Below are positions 40,087-51,225 of a stretch of 64,000 bases of DNA, one piece after another; the stretch's first letter is position 1; each line of letters opens with the position of its first letter. The stretch lies in contig CAWBQK010000009.1 of the NCBI GenBank assembly GCA_963791045.1, positions 160,001 through 224,000 on the forward strand. Direction: 5' to 3'. Source of the stretch: Candidatus Latescibacterota bacterium. Lineage in GTDB: Bacteria; Krumholzibacteriota; Krumholzibacteriia; WVZY01. The notes beneath the pieces were generated by a model that was given only the letters and a program-made list of their open reading frames with translations, did no database searches and was not told where the DNA came from. The position numbers and the translations under genes are program-made.

Positions 40087-41515
40087 ATGTGCGGAATTCT
40101 GGGATATTGCGCGACAGAATGGGACCCGGCGCTCGCTAAGTTTTTTGGTCTCCAGGGGTTCAACCTCCAACACAGGGGACAGGAAAATTTTGGTGCAACA
40201 TACAGTAACGGAAGAAAGTTCAACCATTTCAAAGACAAGGGACTCGTCTCCCAGGTCTTTTCAAAGGAACGCCGCGAAGAGTTCAACAAACTCCAGCCTC
40301 TGATCGCGATCGGTCAGACCCGCTACGCCACGGCCGGCGGAACCGACGCCATCTCCGCACAGCCGCACTGGCTTACGCTGCTCGACGGCTTTTATTCGAA
40401 TGCGACGAACGGCGATCTCCCGATGCTCGAGAAAGAAGTCGAAGAACTCGAAAAATCAGGTGTCATCATGCTCTCCGGTAACGACGGAGAGCTTATTCTG
40501 AAAAAGATCCTCCAGGCCGCCCACAAACACAATGACGGCGACCTCGTCAAGGGGATCAAACACCTTATGGAGACAACACCTGGCGCATATTCGGGGTGTC
40601 TTGATGACACTCAATGAACTTTACCTCTACCGCGACCCGCACGGTTTCCGCCCGCTCTACTATGGACGTTGGCGCAACACCTGGGTGTACGCGTCGGAGA
40701 CATGCGCTTTCCACGAGCGCGACGCCAAAATCGAGCGCGAGGTGTATCCCGGTGAGGTCATCGTGTTCGGCATCGATGGAAGCAAAACCCACCACCAGGT
40801 GGTCACGCCCGAACACAAGCGCCAGAAATGTATTTTCGAACCAATTTATTTTGCGCGCCCGGACAGCCAGGTATTTGAAAACTCCAACGAGGTCGGCGGT
40901 TTTCGCTTTCAGCTTGGCAAACAGCTCGCGCGCGAGCACCCGGTCAAAGATGCGATCGTCATCCCCGTTCCCGACTCGGGCCGATTTTCGGCGGTCGGTT
41001 ATTCGAACGAATCCAATCTCCCCCTGCGCGAACTCTTCATACGGAACCCGTACATCCCAAGGACGTTCCAGATAGCCGGGCAGGCGAACCGCGAGGATCT
41101 CGTCCGATTGAAATTCACGGTGATGCGTTCGCTTCTCAAAAAATATCGCAAGTTCGTCGTTATCGATGATTCCCTGGTACGCTCGACAACGATGAAAATC
41201 CTCATCTCGATGATCCGCGAGGGATCGGAAGCCGCGGGAGTCGACCCCAAAGAGGTCGAAGTTCACATCCGTCTCGCTTCACCGCCAATCAAGGGGTGTT
41301 GTTACTACGGAATCGACACGCCGGAATCAAAAGAGCTCGCCGCCGCCAACCAGACGATCGAGCAGATCGCCGCGGGGATCAACGCGACAAGCCTCGCGTA
41401 TCTCTCTATCGATGGCCTGGACGAGGTAGCAAGCCGCTTTGACGATCCGGCTAATTTCTGCCACGCTTGTTTTACGGCGGTGTACCCGACACCGTACCAG
41501 GTCCGGTCCAGGTAG
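40087..41515 (+). CDS. purF: Amidophosphoribosyltransferase (frameshift near 40595)
   Basis: MCGILG, LQHRGQE, RDPHGFRPL, CIFEPIYFARPDS, IPVPDSG, VIDDSLVRSTT, CYYGID, FCHACF. Confidence 0.9.
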
Positions 41516-41521
41516 GTCGAC

Positions 41522-42219
41522 ATGATCGCCATCCGCAAAGCCAACGAACGTGGCCACGCCAACCATGGCTGGCTCGATACATATTTCACATTCTCGTTCG
41601 CCGAATACCACGACCCAAAGCATGTTCGCTTCGGACCACTCCGTGTAATCAACGATGACACGATTGCAGCGGGAGGCGGTTTCGGCACCCACCCCCACAA
41701 CGACATGGAGATCATCACCTATGTCCTCGAGGGTGCGCTGGAACACAAGGACAGCATGGGCACGACGAGCGTGATACACGCCGGCGAAGTTCAAAAAATG
41801 ACGGCCGGGTCGGGAATCACACACAGCGAGTACAACCATTCCAAGACAGATCCCGTCCACCTCCTCCAGGTCTGGATATTTCCCACGGAGAAGGGACTCA
41901 AACCCGGCTATGAGGAAAAGGCTTTTTCAGATGAGACAAAAAAGGGCCGGCTTTGCCCGATTGTCTCGCCCGACAGGCGGGAAGGGTCACTCGAAATTCA
42001 TCAGGATGCCGTTGTGTACGCGTCGGTTCTTGGGAAAGATGACTCGGTCGAGCACGGAATCGAATCCGGCCGCCGGGTGTGGGTCCATGTGGCCCGGGGA
42101 CAGATTCGTTTGAACGACATCGAGCTCAGCGCGGGTGACGGGGCCGGTGTAACCGATGAAACTGGCATCGTGCTCACCGGGACAGATCGAGGCGAATTCT
42201 GTTGTTCGATCTCGGGTAA
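41522..42219 (+). CDS. Pirin family protein (frameshift near 42195)
   Basis: RGHANHGWL, GFGTHPHNDMEIITYVLEGALEHKDSMG, MTAGSGITHSE; alternate frame ends LLFDLG*. Confidence 0.92.
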
Positions 42220-42318
42220 TGCGCACGCGAAAGTGCACGTTGAACGATTTCAAAAAAACCGCCGCGGGCACACGCTCGCGGCGATTCTTTGATAACGAGG
42301 GGTTGTTGCCAACCGCTG

Positions 42319-42537
42319 TTACTTTTTCTTTTTTTTCTCACGGTACGTGACGTACAACGGACATGGATCCCAATCGGGAATCCCGCATTTTCCCTCATGG
42401 TCACACGAGAAATACGAAAGCGTATCTTTTCCAGTTTCGTTTTTATCGTACCTGGCGGTCACCGTCACCTTGTCCCCCATCACCGGGCACCCAAGCCTGT
42501 CCACCTGTCCTTTTTTTTCTGCCCCGTCACCAGCCAT
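42319..42537 (-). CDS. Small four-cysteine hypothetical protein (72 aa)
   Basis: RBS GGAGG before ATG 42537; GCPV...FSCDHEGKCG...DPCP, Lys-rich tail. Confidence 0.55.
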   Translation of the reverse strand: MAGDGAEKKGQVDRLGCPVMGDKVTVTARYDKNETGKDTLSYFSCDHEGKCGIPDWDPCPLYVTYREKKKKK

Positions 42538-42613
42538 GGTCGTACCTCCGACAAAAAGCGATTCATTGTGTCCTGGCTGACAGAAGTATAGCACACGCCA
42601 TTCCGGTCGAAGC

Positions 42614-43813
42614 TCATTTCTTTTTGTCGGCGACACGGATCTTGATCTTGGCCTCCGGCGTAACCACGACGATGACACCGTTCTCTTCGTCGTGCGTCAC
42701 CTTAACCGCAGGCGTTCCGCGCACTTCGACATCGGCGCCGGCAACTTCGCCCGAGAACCGAAGCTTGAACGCCCCATCATGATAGAAGTACGTTCGCCTG
42801 GGACTTCTTGGTTCCACACGCGGCGGCCTCTCCAGCGTCTCCATTTTGACGGTTTTTGATTCCCCATCTCTATCGATGGTCCACTCCATCGTCTTGCCGG
42901 GCTCCGTGTTTGAAAACAGTTTTCCGCCCTCACGAGTATCGATTCGAACGCCCTCGATATGCGTCAACACGTCCCCCTCTCGGATCCCCGCCTTGTCGGC
43001 CGGTCCGTCTTCGTCCACAGAATGAACGCGGGGCGGATCCTCGAACTGCCACTGCGCGGGCTCATCGTCCTTTGACGCATTGATCGTGCATTTGTCGCAG
43101 GATACGCCCATCCCGTACCAGGCACGCGGCCAGAAGTGAATATCACCAATCTCCGCCAACTCCTCGAAATGTTCGAGTTCGGCCAGCGAAGCCAAATCCT
43201 CCAGATGAATCATCTCGGGCATTTCGGGCATCTCCGGAATCTCGATCTCGAGTTCCGACATCTCTTCGAGCGCTTCTGAGAGATGTTCGAGTTTGACGTT
43301 AAGATCGGCGAGCGACGTGCTGCCGAGGTCGAGCGGGTTGTCTTCGGGACAAACACTCTTGGCGGTGATCGTCTTGTCGATCAAACGGTCGTCCCGGCGA
43401 ATCTTGAGTACGATCTTTTCCCCCGGATCGATATTGCCAAATCGTTTTCCGGCTTTTCGAGTTGTGATTAACATTCCATCGATCTCGACGATCACATCGC
43501 CTTTTTTCAGAATCCCCGCCGCCGGGCCGTCCGGATCGATCGACTCGATTTTCGGCTCGTTCTTGAAATACCACCGCTGGGTATTCTCATCCGTATTGAT
43601 TGAAAAAGTCCCCTTGAACGCGAGTCCTTGTATTCCAATGTATCCGACCGGCTCGCCTGACTCGCAGTCGAGCTTGTCGCGGCCGCGGTTGCGGCCCGCC
43701 GCCGCCGACTCGTACATCACGAGCAGCATGGTCAGCACGCCAAGGAACACCAGTGCTTTTATATAAAACCGGGACATGAATTTTGGTTTGTCTATCGTTG
43801 TCATTTCAACCAT
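42614..43813 (-). CDS. Exported tandem PDZ-domain protein
   Basis: Two PDZ signatures (IDPDGPAAGILKKGDVIVEIDG; VDEDGPADKAGIREGDVLTHIEG); EIPEMPEMPEM linker. Confidence 0.8.
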   Translation of the reverse strand: MVEMTTIDKPKFMSRFYIKALVFLGVLTMLLVMYESAAAGRNRGRDKLDCESGEPVGYIGIQGLAFKGTFSINTDENTQRWYFKNEPKIESIDPDGPAAGILKKGDVIVEIDGMLITTRKAGKRFGNIDPGEKIVLKIRRDDRLIDKTITAKSVCPEDNPLDLGSTSLADLNVKLEHLSEALEEMSELEIEIPEMPEMPEMIHLEDLASLAELEHFEELAEIGDIHFWPRAWYGMGVSCDKCTINASKDDEPAQWQFEDPPRVHSVDEDGPADKAGIREGDVLTHIEGVRIDTREGGKLFSNTEPGKTMEWTIDRDGESKTVKMETLERPPRVEPRSPRRTYFYHDGAFKLRFSGEVAGADVEVRGTPAVKVTHDEENGVIVVVTPEAKIKIRVADKKK

Positions 43814-43835
43814 CTCCGTTCATCCAACCATGCGG

Positions 43836-44405
43836 TCAGAACTGGATTATCTTCGGGTCATTTTGTGTATCATCCGCTTCCGTGGTCTCGATGGCGTTCA
43901 CAATGCACTTTGACAATTGGTCTTTGGGTATGATCTTCGCCATCTCGTCGGCGGCGGTGTACAGTGTGATCAGCGCCACCTCGCGTCCCTGTCGCAGTTC
44001 GTCGGAGTTTCGAGCATCGTCACTCTCGGCCGACGACGACATCAGGGCGAGCCTTCCCAGGGCCGCCACGTACGCCGTTCCCGCCTCCTGAACCGAGAGC
44101 GCCACAGGAACCGCGCTTGTGCGCGTACCTGCGCCCGTCGTCGCCAACTGCGGAGAAATAACCTGAGTCGGCGTCGCCACTAGACCCATCGCGAAGCCGC
44201 ACACGACAAATGCGATGCACGCCGCCACGGCGCCCATAAGCCGCTTGTTTGTGATTTCAATTGTGCGTCTTGACGCTGCCCTCAACGTGCCGCGCCTGCG
44301 GAGTGTCCGCACCACGCGCTCTTCGAGAAAAGCGCTCGGCACGCGTTCCTTGGGCAGAGTCTCCAACGCTTTCTTTTCTTGTGGAGTAAGATCGTCTTTG
44401 TTCAT
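43836..44405 (-). CDS. Putative anti-sigma factor (single TM)
   Basis: Directly downstream of the ECF sigma; PSAFLEERVV then one TM helix. Confidence 0.6.
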   Translation of the reverse strand: MNKDDLTPQEKKALETLPKERVPSAFLEERVVRTLRRRGTLRAASRRTIEITNKRLMGAVAACIAFVVCGFAMGLVATPTQVISPQLATTGAGTRTSAVPVALSVQEAGTAYVAALGRLALMSSSAESDDARNSDELRQGREVALITLYTAADEMAKIIPKDQLSKCIVNAIETTEADDTQNDPKIIQF

Positions 44406-44407
44406 GA

Positions 44408-44968
44408 TCAACCTCGTCTTGATTCGGCGAGCAGGGTGCGAAGCGCCTGCCGCGCCTTTGAAAGTTGGCTCTTGCTCGTGCCAACCGTTATGCCCAACTG
44501 TCCGGCAACATCTTCGTGTTTCATTCCTTCAACATCATGGAGAACCAGTACCGTCCGGTACCCATCGGGGAGGAGCTCGATCGAGCGTTCGAGATCGATA
44601 CGATCTTCGGGGACATCGATCGGACCCGGAGGATCGGGAAGATTCTCCATGTCGAGTTCGATCGAGCGCGCATTCCTCCGCATATAATCCCTCGCTACAT
44701 TCAAACCGATTCCCAAAAGCCACGTGGAAAAAGCCGATTCCCAACGGAAACGGTCCAGCGACTGGCTGACCCGAATCCATGTGTCCTGCACCACGTCCTC
44801 TGCCTCGGCCTCCGTCCTGCCCAATATCCTCATGACGAAACCAAGCAGCCTCGGCGTGTGCCGCCGGTAGAGCAGACGAAACGCGTCCTCGTCGCCGGCT
44901 TGCTGCACCGCTTCCGTTAGTTCCCTGTCGCTGAATTCGATTGGTAATTGGGCTTCCATCTCATCCAT
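44408..44968 (-). CDS. ECF RNA polymerase sigma factor
   Basis: GDEDAFRLLYRRH, AEDVVQDTW, FSTWL, LPDGYRTVLVLHDVEG, GTSKSQLSKAR. Confidence 0.95.
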   Translation of the reverse strand: MDEMEAQLPIEFSDRELTEAVQQAGDEDAFRLLYRRHTPRLLGFVMRILGRTEAEAEDVVQDTWIRVSQSLDRFRWESAFSTWLLGIGLNVARDYMRRNARSIELDMENLPDPPGPIDVPEDRIDLERSIELLPDGYRTVLVLHDVEGMKHEDVAGQLGITVGTSKSQLSKARQALRTLLAESRRG

Positions 44969-45066
44969 GGGTCGTCATCCAGGTCAAAAAGGTTGCCCCG
45001 CTCGGCGGGTTTCTCCAATATTAATACTGATATACGTCCACCGTCAGTATACACCCGGAGGCGCCA

Positions 45067-45957
45067 TTGGTCATCTCGGCCAGCAGACGGACCGATATTC
45101 CCTGTTTCTACGCAGACTGGCTCATGAACCGGATCCGCGAGGGGCGATGCCGCATCCCTAACCCATTTAATCCAAATCAGATATCCGAGATATCGCTCCG
45201 GCCGGCCGACGTCGACGCCATTGTCTTCTGGTCGAAGAACCCGCAGCCGATCTTCGAACACCTCGATGAACTCGACCGGCGGGGATTTCTTTACTATTTT
45301 CTGGTCACGTTGAATGACTACCCCGCCATTTTAGAACCCGGCGTGCCCGAGCGGGCGGCCAGGGTGGAGGCCTTCGTGCAGCTGGCGGAAAACCTCGGAA
45401 ACAAACGAGTTGTGTGGCGCTACGACCCGATAATCATCTCTACCGCCACGCCTTTTGGCTACCACAAGGAGCGTTTCGGAGAACTGTGCCGGCTTCTCGC
45501 CGGTTCGACGCGCCGGGTCATCGTCAGCCTGGTCGACTTTTACAAGAAAACCGAACGACGGCTCTCTGAGATCGAGACCGGCGGGCTTGAGTTCGACCGC
45601 GAAGCAGCTGGACGGCCCGAAACGAGAGATCTTCTGGCGTGGATGAGCCGGATGGCGGCGGACAACGGGATAGAGATCCAGGCGTGCGCGCAGCGGGAAG
45701 ATTTTGACGCCGTGGGGGTTCCGGCGGGGAGTTGTATCGACGGCGAACTGCTCCGCGAACTCGGGGCGGCGATACACCCCAAAAAAGATAATGGACAGCG
45801 CGACGCGTGCAGGTGTGTCGAAAGCAGGGACATCGGCGTCAACGATACGTGCATCCATGGGTGCCGGTACTGCTATGCCACGCGGAACCATGATCTCGCG
45901 GTGAGAAGACACGCCGAGCACGATAGCAGGGCGGCGGCATTGTGGGTTCGGAGCTGA
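45067..45957 (+). CDS. DUF1848 domain protein
   Basis: ISASRRTDIPCFY, IVFWSKNP, WRYDPII, QRDACRC..SRDIG...CIHGCRYCYA. Confidence 0.9.
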   Translation: MVISASRRTDIPCFYADWLMNRIREGRCRIPNPFNPNQISEISLRPADVDAIVFWSKNPQPIFEHLDELDRRGFLYYFLVTLNDYPAILEPGVPERAARVEAFVQLAENLGNKRVVWRYDPIIISTATPFGYHKERFGELCRLLAGSTRRVIVSLVDFYKKTERRLSEIETGGLEFDREAAGRPETRDLLAWMSRMAADNGIEIQACAQREDFDAVGVPAGSCIDGELLRELGAAIHPKKDNGQRDACRCVESRDIGVNDTCIHGCRYCYATRNHDLAVRRHAEHDSRAAALWVRS

Positions 45958-46095
45958 TTTCTGTAGGCATGAGACTGGGGGGACGGATATGATTTCAACT
46001 GATTTTGAGCAGAGGCCGTCCGTATCAGCGCATGGTGCGATCTTTGCTAGTTAGCGGAACGGAAAGCAACACTCTTGACCCAGGAGAATGACACC

Positions 46096-46602
46096 ATGCG
46101 AACACCAGTTGGGATAACACAAGAGAAGACAGCAAACCGGTCGGCCGGGCGAGTCATAACGATACTCGGTTTGACCTTGTTGTTCCTCACGACATCCATT
46201 TGTCTTTCCGGATCGGGCGCCGCCGCGGCGGGCTTTAGTTTTCCAAAAGGGTATCTCGGCACCACGGCCGCCAAATATATCGATGCCTTCAACTCGGGGA
46301 ATGACAGCCTCGTTGCAGAATTCCACACCACACATTTCGTAGAAACTTCTTTTGAGACGAAATCGATGAACTCACGGCTCTACAAATACCAGAGTCTCTA
46401 CAAAATGTTTGGTGAGCTCGAACCGGTCGAAACGCTCAAAAAGAGCAAGTCGACACTCGTCATCCGGGCCCGCTCGGAGAAGCTGGGGAGTTGGTTCGAG
46501 ATAGGATTCGAAACGGACAAGAGCGCGCCGGACAAGCTCGCTCATCAGTACATTCGTCCGACGGCCAAACCAAAAGTGCAGAAAGCATCGATGTCCGACT
46601 GA
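46096..46602 (+). CDS. Exported hypothetical protein
   Basis: RBS AGGAG, hydrophobic signal segment, YIDAFNSG helix. Confidence 0.55.
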   Translation: MRTPVGITQEKTANRSAGRVITILGLTLLFLTTSICLSGSGAAAAGFSFPKGYLGTTAAKYIDAFNSGNDSLVAEFHTTHFVETSFETKSMNSRLYKYQSLYKMFGELEPVETLKKSKSTLVIRARSEKLGSWFEIGFETDKSAPDKLAHQYIRPTAKPKVQKASMSD

Positions 46603-46692
46603 TCGCGGAATACAGCCGGACATCGATAGAGCTCGAACGACCGGGGAATTCCCCGGCCTGTTCGGGCCGGAGTCACCCGCCGTCGAGAATCA

Positions 46693-47324
46693 TCAAAATA
46701 CGATCCCAAGACCCAGAGAGAGTTCATACTGCCACGCGCCGTTACCCCCCGCACTTTTCACACACCCATCATCATTACATATATAGTCGTCCCGGTTGCC
46801 GATCACCGTGTACGGAGCCCTGCCCTGGAACCGGAGCATAAACCGCTCGCCGAGGTAATACTTCATTCCGAGCCCAAATCCAAAAGAGAACTTCCATTCG
46901 TCGTTGGAATCTTCAGCCTTGGGTCCGTAGTGAGTCGCGCCAAGAGAGAGGCTCGTGTACCAGAACCTCTTGCTCTCATCTCCACCGAGGATAAAAGCCA
47001 CATGCATGTAATCGATGGAGACATCGGACAAAAAGGTTTTTTCTCCGTTCAATTCAAAATTGTACTTGGTCTCCTGGCGGGTGTACATGAGCTCGATCTG
47101 TGTTGCCTGCTTTTTGAGATCGTAATCGACGGCAATGCCCCAGAACGGGCTCGAATCTGTTTTCAGCCGTCCGCTTTGGCCGCCGTACAACACGTTCTGG
47201 CCCGAACTCCACATGTACCCTCCGTAGGGGATGACCTCGACCTGGCGCTTCTTTTCTTCCTGGGCGCCCGCATCGACCGCGAGTGAAAATGTAAAATCAG
47301 ACCGACAAGGAGAATCCAGCGCAT
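46693..47324 (-). CDS. Outer-membrane beta-barrel (OmpA-like TM) protein (frameshift near 47280)
   Basis: Signal peptide MRWILLVG; EVIPYGGY; FSFGFGLGMKYY; terminal LGLGIVF. Confidence 0.7.
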
Positions 47325-47379
47325 GGTTCTTTTTCCCTTTCTGTGACCCCTGAGAATTCGGTTAACGGTCCTGCCAGTC

Positions 47380-47943
47380 CTACATGTGTTCCGCGGCAAA
47401 CTTTCGGAAATTGGCAAAGTTGATTTCGTTGAAGTACCCACTCATCTCACCCTCCCGGCCCGTCACATTGACCAGGATCGCGTCCGCCCTGATCATCTCC
47501 CAGAGCTCGTCGCTGGTAATGGCGTACTCGAGTATTTCCGTAACCCACTTGCCCGACGGATCCTTCTCGCGATTGAGATTGCTATCCGCCGTGAACACCA
47601 TCGTATTAAGGTCAACCGTGAGTTCGAGCGAACGGCCCTTTTCGATTGTGAGCCATTCATCGGCAACGTAGGTGAGAATCAGCCAGTAAGACACATTGCC
47701 CGCTGAATCCTTCAGCATACGCAGGTCGATGTAGCATCGCTTCGCGACACTGTAGTTTCCTTCTTCGAATTCCGCATGGTACTTTGCGGCGCCCTCTACC
47801 GTGATCTCGTTATTCGTGAGGATATATTCCGTCGATCCATCGTCACCGACATCGGTCTTCACGTGATAAGACCCCGCGCACGCGGCGAGCTGGACGGCAA
47901 CACCGAGTACGATCACGGCCATCAACACATTCTTGGAACGCAA
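47380..47943 (-). CDS. Hypothetical lipoprotein
   Basis: Lipobox LAAC after a hydrophobic stretch. Confidence 0.6.
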   Translation of the reverse strand: MRSKNVLMAVIVLGVAVQLAACAGSYHVKTDVGDDGSTEYILTNNEITVEGAAKYHAEFEEGNYSVAKRCYIDLRMLKDSAGNVSYWLILTYVADEWLTIEKGRSLELTVDLNTMVFTADSNLNREKDPSGKWVTEILEYAITSDELWEMIRADAILVNVTGREGEMSGYFNEINFANFRKFAAEHM

Positions 47944-47965
47944 GATTCAACCTCCAGCCCATCCC

Positions 47966-50900
47966 CTACTTCGGGTTTGGAATCTTGAAAAACATCGTGT
48001 AGAGAACCGGAACAAACACCAGCGTGAGCAACGACGCAAACCCAAGTCCGAACATGATAGTCACCGCCATTGACTTGAAGAAATCATCCTGGAGCAGCGG
48101 AATCATTCCCATGATCGTCGTCGCGGCGGCGAGAAGCACGGGACGCATACGGCTGACGCCGGAATCAATCACCGACGATATACCGGTCCTTACCGCCTCG
48201 TATTTCGAAATCGATCTGATCGATCAGCACAATGGCATTCTTTATCAACATCCCCGAAAGACTCATCATTCCCAGGAGCGCCATAAATCCGAACGGCTGT
48301 CTGAACAACAGAAGTCCCGCCGTGACCCCGATGATCGATAGGGGCACGGTCAACCAGATGATAAGCGGCTGGCGGAACGCGTTGAACAGGAAAATCACAA
48401 CAAGGATCATCATCCCGAAATAAAGCGGGATGTTCGCTGCCAACTGCTTTTGCGAGTCGCTCGAATCCTCCGCTTCACCGCCCCAGGCCATATAGTAACC
48501 GGGGTACGCCTTCAGGGGGATCTTGTCGTTATACAGAATCGGTAGTGTCGATGCCGTCAATTTGGCGTAGGGATCATCCGGCGGACCAGCCGTCTTGCCA
48601 TTATAGGCAAGCAGGTCGACGCCAAGGGCAGCCTCGATCTGGGGCTTGATCCTGTTGAGAACGACAAAGGGCAGCTCCGTCCGCGGGTCACAGTGAAGCT
48701 TGATCATTGTAGAACGATTCCAACGCGACACGCGTGCATCTTCGATTTCAGTGTCGAGACCGCGAACGATCTGCGCTATAGGAATCGTCTGATCTGCCGT
48801 CGGGCTGTACATTTGCAGATCCCGCATGTTCTCTACGGTCATCCGCTCGCCCTGCAGGAGCACGAGCGACGATCGGGATGAGTTCGATTCCCTCCCTGTA
48901 CACCCCCGTCTGCGTCCCGGTGAAATTAGATTGGAGGGATTGCGCGACCATCGTCCGCGATATCCCCAGGCGGCGGGCCCTGTCATCGGCGAGCTGCGGA
49001 CGAACCGTCTTGACCTTGTCGCCCCATTCGTCACGAACCGCTTTTGTGCCAGGGTCATCGTTCATGATATTCTTCGCCTTCACGGCAAGCTGGCGCAGCA
49101 CTATCGGGTCCGGTCCCATAATACGAAGCTGGATCTTGCCGCCCGCTCCCGGACCGAGAGCGAACTTCTTCACATTGACCGTCGCATCGAGGTATCTCCC
49201 TTCAAGATCATTCTGGATCTTGTGATACATTTTGTCGATCGCGGGATACTCATTGACCGTGACGAGCATCGCCGCATAGTTGGTCGATGCCTCGACCGGC
49301 GCGCTGTAGGTCAGAATAAACCGCATGTGTCCCGCGCCGATCGCCGACGACACGTTCGTAATGTCTTCGTAATCCCCCAAATAATCCTCGATTTCGCTGA
49401 CTCGCTCCTGGGTCTCGCTGATATGCATTCCTTCGCGAAACTGGATCTCGATCAAAAACTGCGGGGCCGTTGACGGCGGGAAGAAGAGACTTTCCACATA
49501 CCCAAATCCGAACAGCGCCGCCGCAAAGAGGGCCACCACGACACCAACACTGATCCACCGGAAACGGATCGCCTTTACAAGCAAGCTGCGATAGACCTGA
49601 AAAAACTTGCCCGCGTAGGGATCGCTTTCTCCCTCTCCGTCATTCGACTTTGTCTTCTTCTTTTTGGGGAGGACAAAAAGCTTGGTAACGAGCGGAGTCG
49701 TCGTCACCGCGGTCAACCAGCTGAGCGAGAGAGAGATGAGTATCACGTAGTAGAGCGACCGGCAGTACTCGCCCGTACCGTTGTCCATCCCGCCGATCGA
49801 GGCGAACGCGAGAACAGCCACCGCGGTGGCGCCGAGAAGAGGAATCGAATTTTGCCCCACAACCTCCTTCGCCGCTTCAAGACCATCCATCCCCTTTTCC
49901 ATTCGCACTTTCATCCCGTCCACCACAACGATCGCGTTGTCGACAAGCATCCCGAGCGCGATGATCAGAGCTCCCAGCGAAATACGCTCCAGTGTGATCT
50001 GGTATTTGCCCATCACCACAAAGGTCGCCGCAATAGTCAGAACGAGGATAAAACCAATGATCAGGCCGCTCCTCAATCCCATCGTGAAGAGCAGAACAAT
50101 GACAACAATTACCACCGCCTCGAGAAGGTTGACGAGGAACCCGTTGATCGCTTTGGTAACGGAGGCGGACTGGAGAGTGATTACCTCGAGCTCCATTCCG
50201 TGTGGAATCAGGTTTTCGAGTTCGTCAAGCCGTTTCTCGACGGCCTCACCCATTGTCACGACATTGCCACCCATAAGCGTCGAGATTGCGATGCCTATCG
50301 CCGGTTTGCCATTATACCGGAGAAGCTTTTTGGGCGGATCTTCGTAACCGCGAATCACGGTCGCCACGTCGCGGAGGTAGATTAAATTGCCGCCCTTGGT
50401 CGCGATCGAGTAGATCTCCGAATTCCTTCTCGGATTTGAATTCACCGGTCGGGCTTATCGCCATGTGCTCGGGACCAATTTTTAGTTTGCCCGAATCCGC
50501 AGGGAGGTTCTTGGCGCTGAGCGCTTCAAAGATCTCCTGGCGGGTGATCCCCAGGGCCGCCATCTTTGCCTTCGACATCTCGACAAAGATCGTTTCCTTC
50601 TGCTCGCCAAAGAACTGTATCTTTTTGACATCCTGAATGGTGAGCAATTCCCGCTTGATGAGTTCGGCAACTCTTTTCAGTTCCGCATACGAATAGCCCT
50701 CGCCAACCAGAGCGAAATAGACGCCGAAAACATCGCCAAAATCGTCCGAGATGATCGGTGGACCGGCGCCCGGCGGAAGTTGAGGTTTATAATCGGCGAT
50801 CTTCCTGCGGAGCTCATCCCACACGGCGGGAAGGGCTTTTTTGTCATACTGGTCCTTGATGACCACCTTGACTTTTGACCGGCCCCGTTCAGACCAGGAT

Positions 50901-51142
50901 TCGACACGCTTTAGTTGTCCCATCTCCTGCATGGCCTTCTCGATCACCTCTGTGACCTCTTTTTCCACTTCGACGGCGGACGCGCCCGGATACGGCGTGA
51001 TGATAACCGCCTCTTTGATGGCGAATTCGGGGTCTTCCAGACGAGGCAAGTTCATGTACGATATTGTCCCAAGAACTAGAAGGACCGCAGTCATCGTCCA
51101 CGTGATCACACTTTTCCTTATAGAGAATTCCGCGAGATTCAT
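47966..51142 (-). CDS. RND efflux permease, AcrB family (about three frameshifts)
   Basis: RLEDPEF, YPGASA.EVE.EVT, IIALGMLVDNAIVV, LSGMLIKNAIVL, RMRPVLL..TT motifs across four ORFs. Confidence 0.92.
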
Positions 51143-51225
51143 CGGCTACTCTTTCTTTTGCATGAAGGATCAGATACCCAATCGTATTTCCGGTTTTTAA
51201 AAATCAATTCCACCATCGCCGTCTG

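Noticed and set aside
40595-40617. Selenocysteine or stop-codon read-through explaining split ORFs
   Set aside because: The homology continues in a different frame, not past an in-frame stop
43205-43260. Short 9-bp periodic repeat
   Set aside because: Encodes the PEMPEMPEM linker of the PDZ protein
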